Of a stretch of 64,000 nucleotides of DNA, positions 1 to 13,137 are shown in pieces. The notes under the pieces were generated by a model. The model made no database searches. It saw nothing but the letters and a program-made list of their open reading frames with translations, and was not told the DNA's origin. Numbering within the stretch: position 1 is the first letter of the stretch; every line of letters starts with the position of its first letter. The stretch is from Eledone cirrhosa. Lineage: Eukaryota. A program made the translations under genes and the position numbers. Where the stretch lies: assembly GCA_964016885.1 (NCBI GenBank), contig OZ024744.1, forward strand, positions 29,698,001-29,762,000, written 5' to 3'.

Positions 1-637
<637 letters not shown>

Positions 638-715
638 AGTATTGAAATTTCCGTTGGAAACAGAAAAGGTCATAGAAGTGAAGAGTGCTCTATGTAAGTA
701 TCAGAGCAAAATTTA

Positions 716-1920
<1,205 letters not shown>

Positions 1921-1939
1921 ATATATATATATATATATA

Positions 1940-2747
1940 TACATACATACACGCACGCGCGCGCACATACGTAGTCGCTCATGTACATATATAGAAAGTA
2001 TACACACATTAAGGCGTTCAGCCATATTGATACAGGGTGTAAATGCGTTATTACTCACATGTCGCATCCTTTCGACATCCAGAAAAAAGATTTACAACAG
2101 CTCTGGCTAGCAGAATTTGGGATTTGAAAGACCAAGGCATCCAATATAAATTAGATTGGTCAATTTTGAACCAATCTAAAGAATATGCTAGAGGAACAAG
2201 AAAATGCACGCTCTGCATAAATGGAAAATATTGGATATTGCAAAATTATAAAATCACCAAAGACCTGCCTGAACACAAAGACGGAAATTTTCACCAGTTG
2301 CCCACACATGAAATCACACCTGCTTTCCAGCTCATATAAACTTAACACACTTTCAGATACTTATCCTCCATAAACTCTTATTATTCTCTTTATAATTACC
2401 CTTTCTGATTTACTTTCATTTTTATCCTTGTCATTAATTTCATTTATTTATATTTTTATATTTATTTATTTTTTTTTATTTTTATTTTTACTGCACATCC
2501 ACCAATAACCCCCCCCCCCTTTATTCTCCGATTCACTTTCCATTTTTTACTTCCCCTTTTTTTTACTTCCCTTTTTCCTTCACTTACTGATTAAACATGT
2601 CATTCGTGTTTTCCCATCCAGATATTTGTACTTACTTATCTACAAGTTTTTTACACCCTGTATCAATATGGCTGAACGCCTTAATGTGTGTATACTTTCT
2701 ATATATGTACATGAGCGACTACGTATGTGCGCGCGCGTTCGTGTGTG

Positions 2748-2755
<8 letters not shown>
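1940..2755 (+). mobile_element. 5'-truncated PLE: GIY-YIG endonuclease C-terminal remnant with inverted pseudo-LTR
   Basis: ORF 2043-2339 (YYSHVASFRH...LASRIWDLKD...WSIL...RKCTLC..KYWIL) resembles PLE endonuclease tails; it is frameshifted near the end. ~1940-2042 is the reverse complement of ~2651-2755. Confidence 0.75.
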
Positions 2756-2781
<26 letters not shown>

Positions 2782-2787
<6 letters not shown>

Positions 2788-3500
2788 TATTTGGGGAGGG
2801 TCATATTTGCGTAATATTGCCAGAATTAATAACAGAACACACTCACTGTTTGGTTGGTTTTCGCTTCTCGCTGTCTTTTGTATATATATATCTGCGATCT
2901 AACTTACTCGGTCCTCAATGTTGCCATTGACTGACCGGCGGTCAAAAATAATACAGATACAATATAGACAAACACATATATATATAGTTTACATAATTTA
3001 CATAAATCTTTCGTTGCACATCTGCAACATCGTTAGTGGTGTTATATTCATTGTTCCTCCTGTTGTGTTGTATGTCTACGCCATTTTTTTTTTTTTTGTT
3101 CAGTCTGTCTATATATTTATTTATTTATTTGCTTGTTTGTTTATCTTATTTTATTTTGTCTTCTTTGCGCATGCGTTTGCGTGTGTGTATAGTGTTATGT
3201 GTGATGTGTGACTAGTGTGTATAGTGTTGTGTCTGCTGGGTGACTAGTGTGTGTTTATGTGCTTGTGTATGTATTTATTTATCTTATTTTATTTATTTAA
3301 TTTAATTTACTTATTTATTTATACTTCTCTTAGGTCAGTGTTGTTTGTTTGGGTGTTGTTGTTGTTCCACTCATTCTTTCTGTTTAGCTTTGGTCTTCTA
3401 ATTTCTATTTCACTGGCCTCTCTGATTTGCCTATCTGCTGGGTCATTCCTATGTTTAGATATTATTCTAATTTCTATGTTGTCTATGTTACTTATGACAC
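2782..3500 (-). mobile_element. 3' fragment of a PLE related to the 26146-27794 element
   Basis: Peptide NIEIRIISKHRNDPADRQIREASEIEIRRPKLNRKNEWN (3319-3567 -) aligns with the C-terminus of ORF 26561-27673 (NIEIKIESTHRKDAMFRQITEAINIKELQPKLNRKYEWN). The terminus gttatatttggggagggtcat resembles 26150. Confidence 0.8.
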
Positions 3501-3524
3501 TATATATATATATATATATATATA

Positions 3525-4340
3525 TGTATGCGTATGTGTATGTGTCTTTATATCCGTGTTTTGACATCTAGGTTTTATGTTTTGTTCCTTTTTTCTTCTC
3601 CCCCCCCCCTTTTTTTACTTACTCATTTTTATGCGTGTGCATGCAAACAGGTCAATATGCGTGAGTGTAAGTATGTGTGTGTGTGTGTATGTACGTATCG
3701 AACGTATAGATGTGTAAGTGTGCGTGTGTATATAAGCATGTATACTTTTGCGTTTCTTTTGTGAGATATGCGTGTCTGTGTATGTATGTACCCTTTTTTG
3801 TCTTCTTTTCTTTAATTTTTTCTTTCTAAATTTTTTCTTTCTAAATTATTGTTCCATTTTTATAAATATATCGAGATTGATACTTTCCTTTAATTATTAC
3901 ACTCCCTTACCTCTTTTACTTCCGCATCTAAGTGTATGTGTGTGTAGGTGTGTTTATGCGCGTGCCTTCATATTCTTATGATGTATCTATTCTGTCTGTA
4001 GATTACAGACATACAGATACATTTACCCTAAATTTTATATTTACGCACACTTTTTCACTATACGTATACATATGTGCATACACATATATGAACATCTGTG
4101 AGCGTATATACATACATATACACACACCTAACTATATTTCTTGAAAGATTATTATATATTTCATATTCTAATTCATTTGTCTATATCTTTTTTTTGATTT
4201 TCTTGACGAGACTTTCCAAGTATTTACTCATGTTTTTTATATTGCCTCGTCTGACGAACGAATGAAGACGTTTCTTTTGTATTCGCCTCATTCGGGAAAC
4301 CTCTGGTAATGAGGTAATTATATTGTATTGATTTTTATAC

Positions 4341-4344
<4 letters not shown>
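3525..4344 (+). mobile_element. PLE pseudo-LTR, right arm of inverted repeat (partner 716-1530)
   Basis: Reverse complement of 716-1530; ends in (TA)n; contains a hammerhead. Confidence 0.8.
4241..4318 (+). ncRNA. Type I hammerhead ribozyme
   Basis: Helix I 4241-4250/4309-4318 (10 bp, two GU), CTGACGA 4251-4257, helix II 4259-4265/4288-4294, GAAA 4296-4299, short helix III, predicted GUA cleavage after 4308. Confidence 0.85.
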
Positions 4345-4400
<56 letters not shown>

Positions 4401-4470
4401 TGTATATATATATATATATATATATACATATATGTATATATATATATACATATATGTATATATATATATT

Positions 4471-4519
<49 letters not shown>

Positions 4520-4605
4520 AGAAGTTCTATTTAAATTGTTGGGATACAACAACCAAATATTTTTATAACTGATATAAAGCACTCAACAAATTATTGGAGT
4601 AAAAA

Positions 4606-4857
4606 TACGATATATTAACAAATGGAAACTATATTTATAAAACCATATTTATTTCATTATACATATTTCAAGGACACCGGGAGCTTCCAACAGTAATGGT
4701 TGCATTCTTTAAGGGTATGTCAATATTTATTTATAAAACTGGTCTATATTATATTTTATCTGATGAAAGCACACCATAATTTAACTTGGTGTCCTTGAAA
4801 TATGTATAATGAAATAAATATGGTTTTATAAATATAGTTTTCATTTGTTAATATATC

Positions 4858-4860
<3 letters not shown>
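4606..4860 (+). mobile_element. Small PLE-type remnant with 73-bp inverted repeat
   Basis: 4606-4678 is the reverse complement of 4788-4860; contains a hammerhead; followed by (TA)n. Confidence 0.65.
4752..4816 (+). ncRNA. Minimal type I hammerhead ribozyme
   Basis: TATTTTAT-CTGATGA-AAG.ACACCA...TGGTGT.CTT-GAAA-TATGTA-TA|ATGAAATA; helix I 8 bp, AUA triplet. Confidence 0.75.
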
Positions 4861-4919
<59 letters not shown>

Positions 4920-5115
4920 CTATATATCGTTAGAGAGAGACAGTATTTTGTACATATATATATAGTGGTAGAACACTGGAAGGTAATATCCGTAGTGGTA
5001 GAGTACTCAGTCCAAGGGACGAGTTAGGTAGAAGTGGTTACACAACAGTTAGTTCACCATACCGAGAACGATTGTTTCACCTTAGCGGAGCCTCACCTCG
5101 GAAAATATATATATA

Positions 5116-5780
5116 CAGCGTGCGGACGATATTTGTTCGCAATTTTCAACTGTTAATTTTATGCATATTTTTTTTACTTCCGTTGTCACTCTTGTCTTCA
5201 TAAAAACAGTGACTATATTTCTATTATTTATTTTCAGAATAATTGATTATGAATAATTTTGAACCTCCAAATTTGTTGACGAGACACGGAGTTCTTCTTG
5301 GAATCCGTGCCGGGAGGACAAACAATGACCAGAAGATCAACTCCCAGAACAACAGGTGGCTCGCTGTCTCATCCAAAGACGTGCCCAGAGTCATGCAGAC
5401 AAAGTTTCCAGCGACAACATTGGTCTTAGGTGTCGTCAGCAGTCAAGGTGACGTCATGCCACCTCACTCTTCCCTGAGGGCTTCAAGCTGAATGCCGATG
5501 GTTACATCCGCGTTCTGAGCGAGGTAGTAAAGCCCTGGATCGACCAGGTAGCTGCAGGTAGGCCGTACGTGTGGCAGCAAGACTCAGCGCCCTGCCATAC
5601 CAGCCGAAAGACCCAAGCCTGGCTGTCAGAGAATTTAGTCGACCACACTTCACCTGACATCTGGCCTCCCAGCTCGCCTGACTGCAACCCCCATCGACTT
5701 CTTTGTGTGGGGTGCAGTTGAACGAGACACCAACAGATCTAGCTGCAATACGAAAGACGATCTAAAGGCCAGGATCAATC
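5116..5780 (+). mobile_element. Tc1/mariner superfamily DD37D (maT) transposon remnant
   Basis: TA|CAGCGTGCGG terminus at 5116. Transposase pieces QNNRWLA..TKFPA..LGVVSS.GDVMPPH and WQQDSAPCHTS...WPPSSPDCNP(I)DFFVWG, with 37 residues between the last two Asp after correcting one frameshift. Internally deleted; no right TIR seen. Confidence 0.85.
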
Positions 5781-5912
5781 TTTGCTTCGGTTTACGAACT
5801 ATTAATCGGTAATGTAAAGAAAATAAGAACTTCACATTAAAGTATGTAATTTTAGCTATATATATATTATGTTTTATATATATGTACAAAATACTGTATT
5901 TCTAAAACGATA

Positions 5913-6041
<129 letters not shown>

Positions 6042-6138
6042 ATATACACAGATATATATATATACATCTATATACGTATATATACATATATATATACATA
6101 TCTATATACATATATATATACACATAAATATATATATT

Positions 6139-6171
<33 letters not shown>

Positions 6172-6312
6172 GTTGACGGACCCAGCATATGTATCAATGC
6201 CAGGACGGTTGTATATCAGAGTACTCAATACGTAATGTAAAATACACTCCCAGAGTATACACATAGTTATTGGCTTCAATACAACACACGTAAACGGGTA
6301 CCTATAGTGGTT

Positions 6313-6423
6313 CCCGAACTCGAGTTTTGGCCACACTTAATGCAACAGTAGGGTACACTGCACCATCTGTCTGCATATATTATGCAACAAAGCATAATCG
6401 GCGCATGTGGCTTCATCAGCGGG
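6313..6423 (-). ncRNA. Degenerate hammerhead with long branched helix II (G12A)
   Basis: Minus strand: CCCG-CTGATGA-A-GCCACAT..~65 nt..GTGTGGC-C-AAAA-CTCGAG-TT|CGGG. GAAA is changed to AAAA; palindromic ACTCGAGT helix III. Confidence 0.55.
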
Positions 6424-6671
6424 TATCGCCTAATCAATAACCAATCGATCGACAGAATTTGATTCCAGTCTATGCCGGCTATGACTGCTTGTGACGGCCG
6501 ACACAGTAAAGTGATTAGCAACTGGAATCTGATACAACTCTGTCCTTGATCGGCCACTGATTTACAAAATTATGTGATGGCAGGAGATTAGAAAACAAAT
6601 ATTTCCGCTCTAGTCATAAGCCCTCAGCCAACGTGACTCAAACACAAATTAATAAGAAAGTGAAAAATTGG

Positions 6672-6756
<85 letters not shown>

Positions 6757-6829
6757 GAAAAAGAGATGAAATCGAAAATGCAACTGGAGTCTTATTTTTT
6801 TTTTTTTAAATATATATATTTATTTGGTT

Positions 6830-6867
6830 CCTTTACCGGTTTCGCAGTTCTTCTGCTTTTCAAAAGG
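6830..6867 (-). ncRNA. Minimal type I hammerhead, U3-A8 variant
   Basis: Exact reverse complement of 8891-8928. Confidence 0.75.
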
Positions 6868-8063
6868 TGAGTTGAGATGGAGGGTCTGTGGTTTTTCTCA
6901 CATCTGGTTGGTCTCTGAATGTTACTTGTTTTATATGGAAAAGGTGGCTCGAAATTCCAGGTTTTTCGAGAAGTAATTTGATTGGTTTGTCAATAATTAT
7001 AATAAATTTCGCGCCAGTTCGCGTTACAATAGTTCTTCAAATAAGAGAGAGGGGGGGGGGGGGGGTTGTCACAGGTTGTTTTTTCATATATGAGTGTTTG
7101 AATTTCTTTTTACTTGAAAAAAGGAGGCTCACGAAGGCTTTTTTTTGGTTGGTTATAAATGAAATTTGGCTGTCACGTGAACAAGTTTTTATTACATTTT
7201 TGCGCCCTTATTTGGAAAACTATTCTGTAGTCTTTATAGTGAATGTTATGACAATGGAGAGATAGTGGTCAAGAGAAAAGGGATTGGGAGAAATGTTCTG
7301 GTTCAGTGAATATGGCCAGCTCGCCGGGGTGTCAGAGTTCAGATTTTCTATTGAGACTGAAGATATGTGTTTATTTGTGTGCTTGTGTGTGTGTATGTGT
7401 GTGTGTGTGTGTATGTGTGTATTGGAAGATTATTCTATTAGTAGAGATGGGGGAGGGAGTTGTGTGTGTGTGTATATGGGTGTTATGTGTGCGTGTGCGA
7501 GTATGTTAAGATGGAGAGAATATATATTTTGTGTGTGTGTATATATATATGTGTGTAGGAAAGTGGTTCTATTAGTAGAAATGGGGAGGGAGTTGTAGGT
7601 GTGGGGGTTGTTATGTGTGTGTATGGGTGTTATGTGTGTGGGAGTATGGTTAGCATGTTAAGATGAAGAGAATATATATATATATATATATTGTGTGTGT
7701 GTAGGAAAGTGATTCCTTTAGTAGGAATATTTTTGAATGAACATATTTTCCTTACTTTTTCGTGTTTGCTGTTGTATTGCCAGTGCAAACGTATGTTAAG
7801 GTTTATTTAGTTCGGGTTTTTATTTTCTAAAGTAGAAGGTGTTATGTGTGTGTGTGTATGTCATATTGTGGTGTTGACATAATGTATATTAAACCTTATT
7901 TAATGTTGGTCTATATTTTTGAATAAACATATTTTCCTTATTTATTCGCAAACATATTTTCCTTATTTACAACAGCAAACACGAAAAAGTAAGGAAAATA
8001 TGTTCATTCAAAAATATTCCTACTAAAGGAATCACTTTCCTACACACACACATACACACACAC

Positions 8064-8094
<31 letters not shown>

Positions 8095-8346
8095 TCTCTT
8101 CATCTTAACATGCTAACCATACTCCCACACACATAACACCCATACACACACATAACAACCCCCACACCTACAACTCCCTCCCCATTTCTACTAATAGAAC
8201 CACTTTCCTACACACATATATATATACACACACACAAAATATATATTCTCTCCATCTTAACATACTCGCACACACACACATAACACCCGTATACACACAC
8301 ACACAACTCCCTCCCCCATCTCTACTAATAGAATCATCTTCCAATA

Positions 8347-8380
<34 letters not shown>

Positions 8381-8890
8381 AGCACACAAATAAACATACA
8401 TATCTTCAGTCTCAATAGAAAATCTGAACTCTGACACCCCGGCGAGCTGGCCATATTCACTGAACCAGAACATTTCTCCCAATCCCTTTTCTCTTGACCA
8501 CTATCTCTCCATTGTCATAACATTCACTATAAAGACTACAGAATAGTTTTCCAAATAAGGGCGCAAAAATGTAATAAAAACTTGTTCACGTGACAGCCAA
8601 ATTTCATTTATAACCAACCAAAAAAAAGCCTTCGTGAGCCTCCTTTTTTCAAGTAAAAGGAAATTCAAACACTCATATATGAAAAAACAACCTGTGACAA
8701 CCCCCCCCCTCTCTTATTTGAAGAACTATTGTAACGCGAACTGGCGCGAAATTTATTATAATTATTGACAAACCAATCAAATTACTTCTCGAAAAACCTG
8801 GAATTTCGAGCCACCTTTTCCATATAAAACAAGTAACATTCAGAGACCAACCAGATGTGAGAAAAATCACAGACCCTCCATCTCAACTCA

Positions 8891-8928
8891 CCTTTTGAAA
8901 AGCAGAAGAACTGCGAAACCGGTAAAGG
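8891..8928 (+). ncRNA. Minimal type I hammerhead, U3-A8 variant
   Basis: CCTT(8891-94) TTGAAAA(8895-8901) GCAG AAGAA CTGC GAAA(8915-18) CCGG TA|AAGG; ACCGGT palindrome in place of helix III. Confidence 0.75.
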
Positions 8929-9086
8929 AACCAAATAAATATATATATTTAAAAAAAAAAAAATAAGACTTCAGTTGCATTTTCGATTTCATCTCTTTTT
9001 CTTTATACTTTCACTCGTGTAGGACACCTCGGTTATTTTTCATTTTGTAAAAAAAACCTCACTTTCTAATATATATATATATATAT

Positions 9087-10135
9087 ATTTATTAAAATAA
9101 CAGATTAAAGTTTAAGCAAAGAATCGCTGCTTTCACCCTTAACGGGATCTTCTGAAACTAACAAAGTCAATCTGTAAACGCAGAACTGGATATTTCAAAA
9201 AAACGTTGCAACCGGAGGAAGACAGGAAGACGATACTTTGGTTCGTGGTAACGTTCGCTGGCAAAGAACGGGAAAAAACGAATAATACGTCATTAATAGG
9301 AGCGGTGAAAAACAATTACGCGCAAAGACAGAACCACGTTTATGGTATAAAAGAGGTAGTAGACTAGTGTTCTCTTAGGTGGTGCATAGAGACGTTCTCT
9401 GGCGATGAACGAAAAAACGAAGATAATAAGTCATATGTGGAGCGTGGAGAACAATAGCACGCAAAGACAAAATCACGTAAATGGTAAGCAGAAGTCGTAG
9501 ACTAAAATTCTAAATAGGAGACCAAATGAATCTCCGCTACAGAGTTAAGAACTAAGTAAATAAATACAATACAGAAGTAATAGAAACAAATAAATACATA
9601 CACGCAAACAGATACGTACACAAGCATACGCAAAACCTTACCATAGGTATACAAAACCACGCACATATAAATATGTGTGTGTGTATGCTTGTGTACAAAT
9701 AAATAAATAATTATATAAACGTATATAAATAAATAAATACGTATATAACAAGCGCACACGCATACCTACATATAAATACACGAATGTTCGGAGACGTAAG
9801 TCAACTAAAACAAGAAGTACACATATACACACACCCACCATACGTACGAAGCTGCATACTCACGCAGACGCAAAACTCCCGTATACACATAGCCAAACCC
9901 TAAATACCAGAATATGTAAAAATTATACGCCATAACAGTCAAATATACGTACGAGAAGGTATACATGCCTTCACAAAACATACGGGTAATATATACTTAC
10001 CTATGCAAATAAGTTAAGGAATAAACAAACATATACTTAGCTCCCACATCAAGACGTAAAATATCCACGTATAGATCGTGCTATCCGTTAGGGTATAACG
10101 TGGGGCTGTAATACAGGAAAGTTTTGTGCAATTTA
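9087..10135. repeat. Unclassified dispersed repeat (second, inverted copy at ~27935-28487)
   Basis: 9087-9635 is the reverse complement of ~27935-28487; internal ~140-bp duplication at ~9290-9505. Confidence 0.7.
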
Positions 10136-10303
10136 TGTTTACAAGCCGAAATTGCCTCAGATTTTTTGTTTAAGATGTGGTCTGTGGCGTAGAGTATTTC
10201 CAGGGCCTCAGCGGCGCAGAAATAAACATTCGTTGTACTGCCTCTCTGTTTTGTTCCTGTTCAAATTTTCCATTATATATATATATTTATATATCATTAT
10301 CTA

Positions 10304-11554
10304 TAAAAGGCAGATTTTTGTGTCTGTATGTATGTTTCAATTTTATACATTTACACAATTCCAAAAATATTGAATGAATAATTAAGCAGAATGTTTACAA
10401 ATATTCTAACTTGTGTCATGGGCGAACTTATTGGGTAAAAAATGCCCCAATTACGGAAAAATCGATTTATTTCAACAATCGATGATTTCTCCTCTCTCAT
10501 ATGATATACGTTTCCTATATCTACTCCCTTCATCACCTCCCCTTCAAATTGCTACCTTCTCTTATAAGTGTTTGTGAAAAAAAGAAACATTGAAAAAAAC
10601 ATATACACACATATATGTGGGTGCATACACACACATATATGTTGGTATGTTTACGATTGACGTCATAGAAACAGGAACGCGGGAATTTCAATCAATCAAC
10701 GCATACACAGTTTGTTTTAGAAATAACAATAGCACATTATGATACGGAGGGATATAATGATAAAGAGGGAAAGAGAAACAAACAGACACACTAATCTGCA
10801 GCACAGAACATTTTAGCACTTGGTGAGGGCAAGATCCCTGCGGATGACAAGGGCGGCATAGCAATCGACACCCTGTGCAACATTGTGAGCAGCCCTTCTG
10901 ACCTTTGGGAAGCAGTTTTTCCTAATGTCTCATCTAACTTTAAAAACCTCGATTGGCTCAGTGAAAGAGCCATTCTTGCTCCGAAAAATACCATGGTTAA
11001 TTTTATTAACGAGCAGCTGATTGAGAAGATTCCCGGTACAGAGCACATCTTCAAATCAGACACCGACGATATCGTTAATTATCCGGTTGAGTTATTAAAT
11101 CTCCTTGAGCCCACTGGGCTCCCACCTCACATTATTAAGCTTAGGGTTGGCTGTCCCATTATGCTAATAAGGAACTTGCGTCCACCAAAGCAGTGCAACG
11201 GTACTCGCATGGTCGTCAAGTCACTGACACCCACTTGATTGAGGCCACCATTGTAACGGGGTGCGGAAGAGGGGAGAATGTTTTCATTCCAAGGATGAAC
11301 CTTTTCCCCTCGGCGTCAGATATCCCGTTCGATTTCCGGCGATCACAGTTCCCAGTTTACTAAATTCGCTATTGGAAGATTATTAACCCATCATTGATTG
11401 ACCAAAATGCTAATTGGTTCGTAACTTTTAATAACCGGTTCAACTGCTTTATGCACTTAATTGATAAGCTTATTTGCTTTCAAACCACGTTTACCTGTAT
11501 GTAACTTTTCATAGCAAATGAACAAACCCAAGTAACGCCGGGCTAAACTGCTAG
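10304..11554 (+). mobile_element. Non-autonomous (deleted) Helitron
   Basis: A|TC start at 10304. 3' end acccaagtaacgccgggctaaactgCTAG|T (imperfect hairpin plus CTAG at 11551-11554). Internal PIF1-like helicase fragment. Confidence 0.8.
10790..11362 (+). pseudogene. Helitron RepHel PIF1-family helicase fragment
   Basis: WLSERAILAPKN...YPVELLNLLEPTGLPPHIIKLRVGCPIMLIRNL..PKQCNGTRMVV, continuing after a frameshift with IEATIVTG..RGENVFIPRM...FRRSQFPV. Confidence 0.9.
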
Positions 11555-11621
11555 TATATATATATAATGGAAAATTTGAACAGGAACAAAACAGAGAAGC
11601 AGTACAACGAATGTTTATTAA

Positions 11622-11691
11622 TTTCACGCTCTGGAGAGTGGGGTGGTGGTGGGGAACGACGTTTCGGGCATAAGTCCTTCTTCAGGTGAAA
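11622..11691 (-). ncRNA. Disrupted hammerhead motif in PLE 3' pseudo-LTR
   Basis: Minus strand: TTTCAC-CTGAAGA-AGGACTTATGCCC-GAAACGTC, then 30 nt of C-rich sequence before the apparent helix I partner GTGAAA. Confidence 0.55.
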
Positions 11692-11940
11692 AGTGTGTGG
11701 GAAGAGAGTTCAAAGGGTGTGTAGGGGTGTGGTGGAGAGACATATAGCGAAAAGGGGGTGGGAGGAAACGGTGCGAATGAAATTAAAAATAAAAGCATGA
11801 TCAAAATAAAATAAAATGAAAATGGGGTAAAGCAGGTTATGGAAGGGTGTGGGGTGTGTAGGGGTGGTGGCGGGTGGAGTGGGGAGAGGGAGATGGGGTG
11901 TCCGAGCGGGGAGGGCTGAAGGTGGTGTGTGTGTAGGTGT

Positions 11941-11977
<37 letters not shown>

Positions 11978-13137
11978 AAAGCAAGGGTTGGGGGAAGAAC
12001 GTGGTTGCATGTTCAGGAAGAGGTGTGTGGGGTGGGGTGTAGGTCGGAGTGTGTGTGCATGTGTGGATAGAGGGGTGGGGGGAGAGGAATCCGGAGGCTG
12101 AAGGTGTAAATATGTGGTGGAAAGCACGTGTGTGTGGGGTTTAAGCGTGTTGTGGGTGTAGGTGGCGTGTGGGAAAAAACATGTTTTTGGTGTGTGTGTG
12201 TGGGTGAGTTATAAAGGTGATTCCGTAAGAAGATGTGGTTGAAAGGTTGGTAAACTTTTAGGATGGTAGTTGATTCCGCGGTCAAGCTCCACATACGAGT
12301 AATCCATGGAGAGATGGTCGGAAGAGGACAGATGTGGAGTGCGCGCGCAACAGGAAGTGGTCAAGGCGGTAGGAGTGCTGTGTGTCTGTGTGCTGGGAGG
12401 TGGTCAGAGGGCATAGCAGCAGTCGGGTGGAATGGTAAAGGGGCGAGGATGGGTAGGTGTGAAAGTTGGAGTGAGGAGGGTGTGTGTGTGTATTAGTAGA
12501 GGTGTTAGTGGGATGAGTGAGTGTGGAGAAAGGGTGTGGGTGGCGCGGGGAGAGAAGGGTGTGGGGGTCGATAGAGAGAGTGTGGTGTACTGGTGTGTGT
12601 GTAGTTTGATGAAGGGGTGTTAGTGGGTGTTAGTATACGGGAGCTGGAGAAAGGGTTGAATGCAGGTGTGAGTGGGGGTTAGTGGTGGTAGGGTATGTAG
12701 AGTTGGTGGTGTACGAGGGTGTGTGGGTACGTGTGCGTGGGGTTGGGGGTGTTAGTGATGTTAGTTGCGTGTGGGGTGGGTGGTGTAAGTGGGTGCGTGT
12801 GTTCGTGTGCTTGGGGTCAGGGGGTGTTAGTGATGTTAGTTGCGGGGTGGTGGGATGGATATGTGGGGGTGAGGGTTAGTGGTGGTAGTAGGGTGTGTGT
12901 TTAGTGTGAGCGCGTGTATATATGTGCCGGTGGGTGTGTGCGTGTGATAAGGAGGGGGAGGAGAAGAAGGGAGGGATGCTAGTATGTTTGTTGGGGAAGG
13001 GTGGTCGGATGAGGGGTGGAGTGGAGGTGTTAATATTGTTAGTTGTGGGGTGGGCGGTGAAAAGGAGGGGTGTGTTAGTAGGGGATATGTGTGGGGGATA
13101 TGTGTGGGGATATGTGGGGGAGGGGGGCGGTCGAAGG

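Larger units (their letters stand above)
6752..9070. mobile_element. PLE-derived foldback: ~1.03 kb inverted arms (6752-7786 / 7968-9007) plus ~60-bp tail
   Basis: Arms near-identical (ORF track 7284-7598 + vs 8168-8482 -). The spacer encodes on the minus strand NKENMFIQKYRPTLNKV* (7889-7943), a GIY-YIG terminal E..I....P.LN motif. Hammerhead in each arm; (TA)n flanks. Confidence 0.8.

Noticed and set aside
5060-5101. Minus-strand CCGAG...GAAACAATCGTT-CTCGG hammerhead-like frame
   Set aside because: Core reads GUGAGGC rather than CUGANGA and helix II is poor.
4921-5912. ~35-bp imperfect inverted repeat around the maT fragment as its TIRs
   Set aside because: The transposon's own terminus is TA|CAG at 5116; the outer inverted match is short, AT-rich and microsatellite-associated.
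6888-8870. Mirror-image duplicated ORFs (125 aa and 104 aa)
   Set aside because: Products of the inverted repeat, low complexity, with no recognisable domain.
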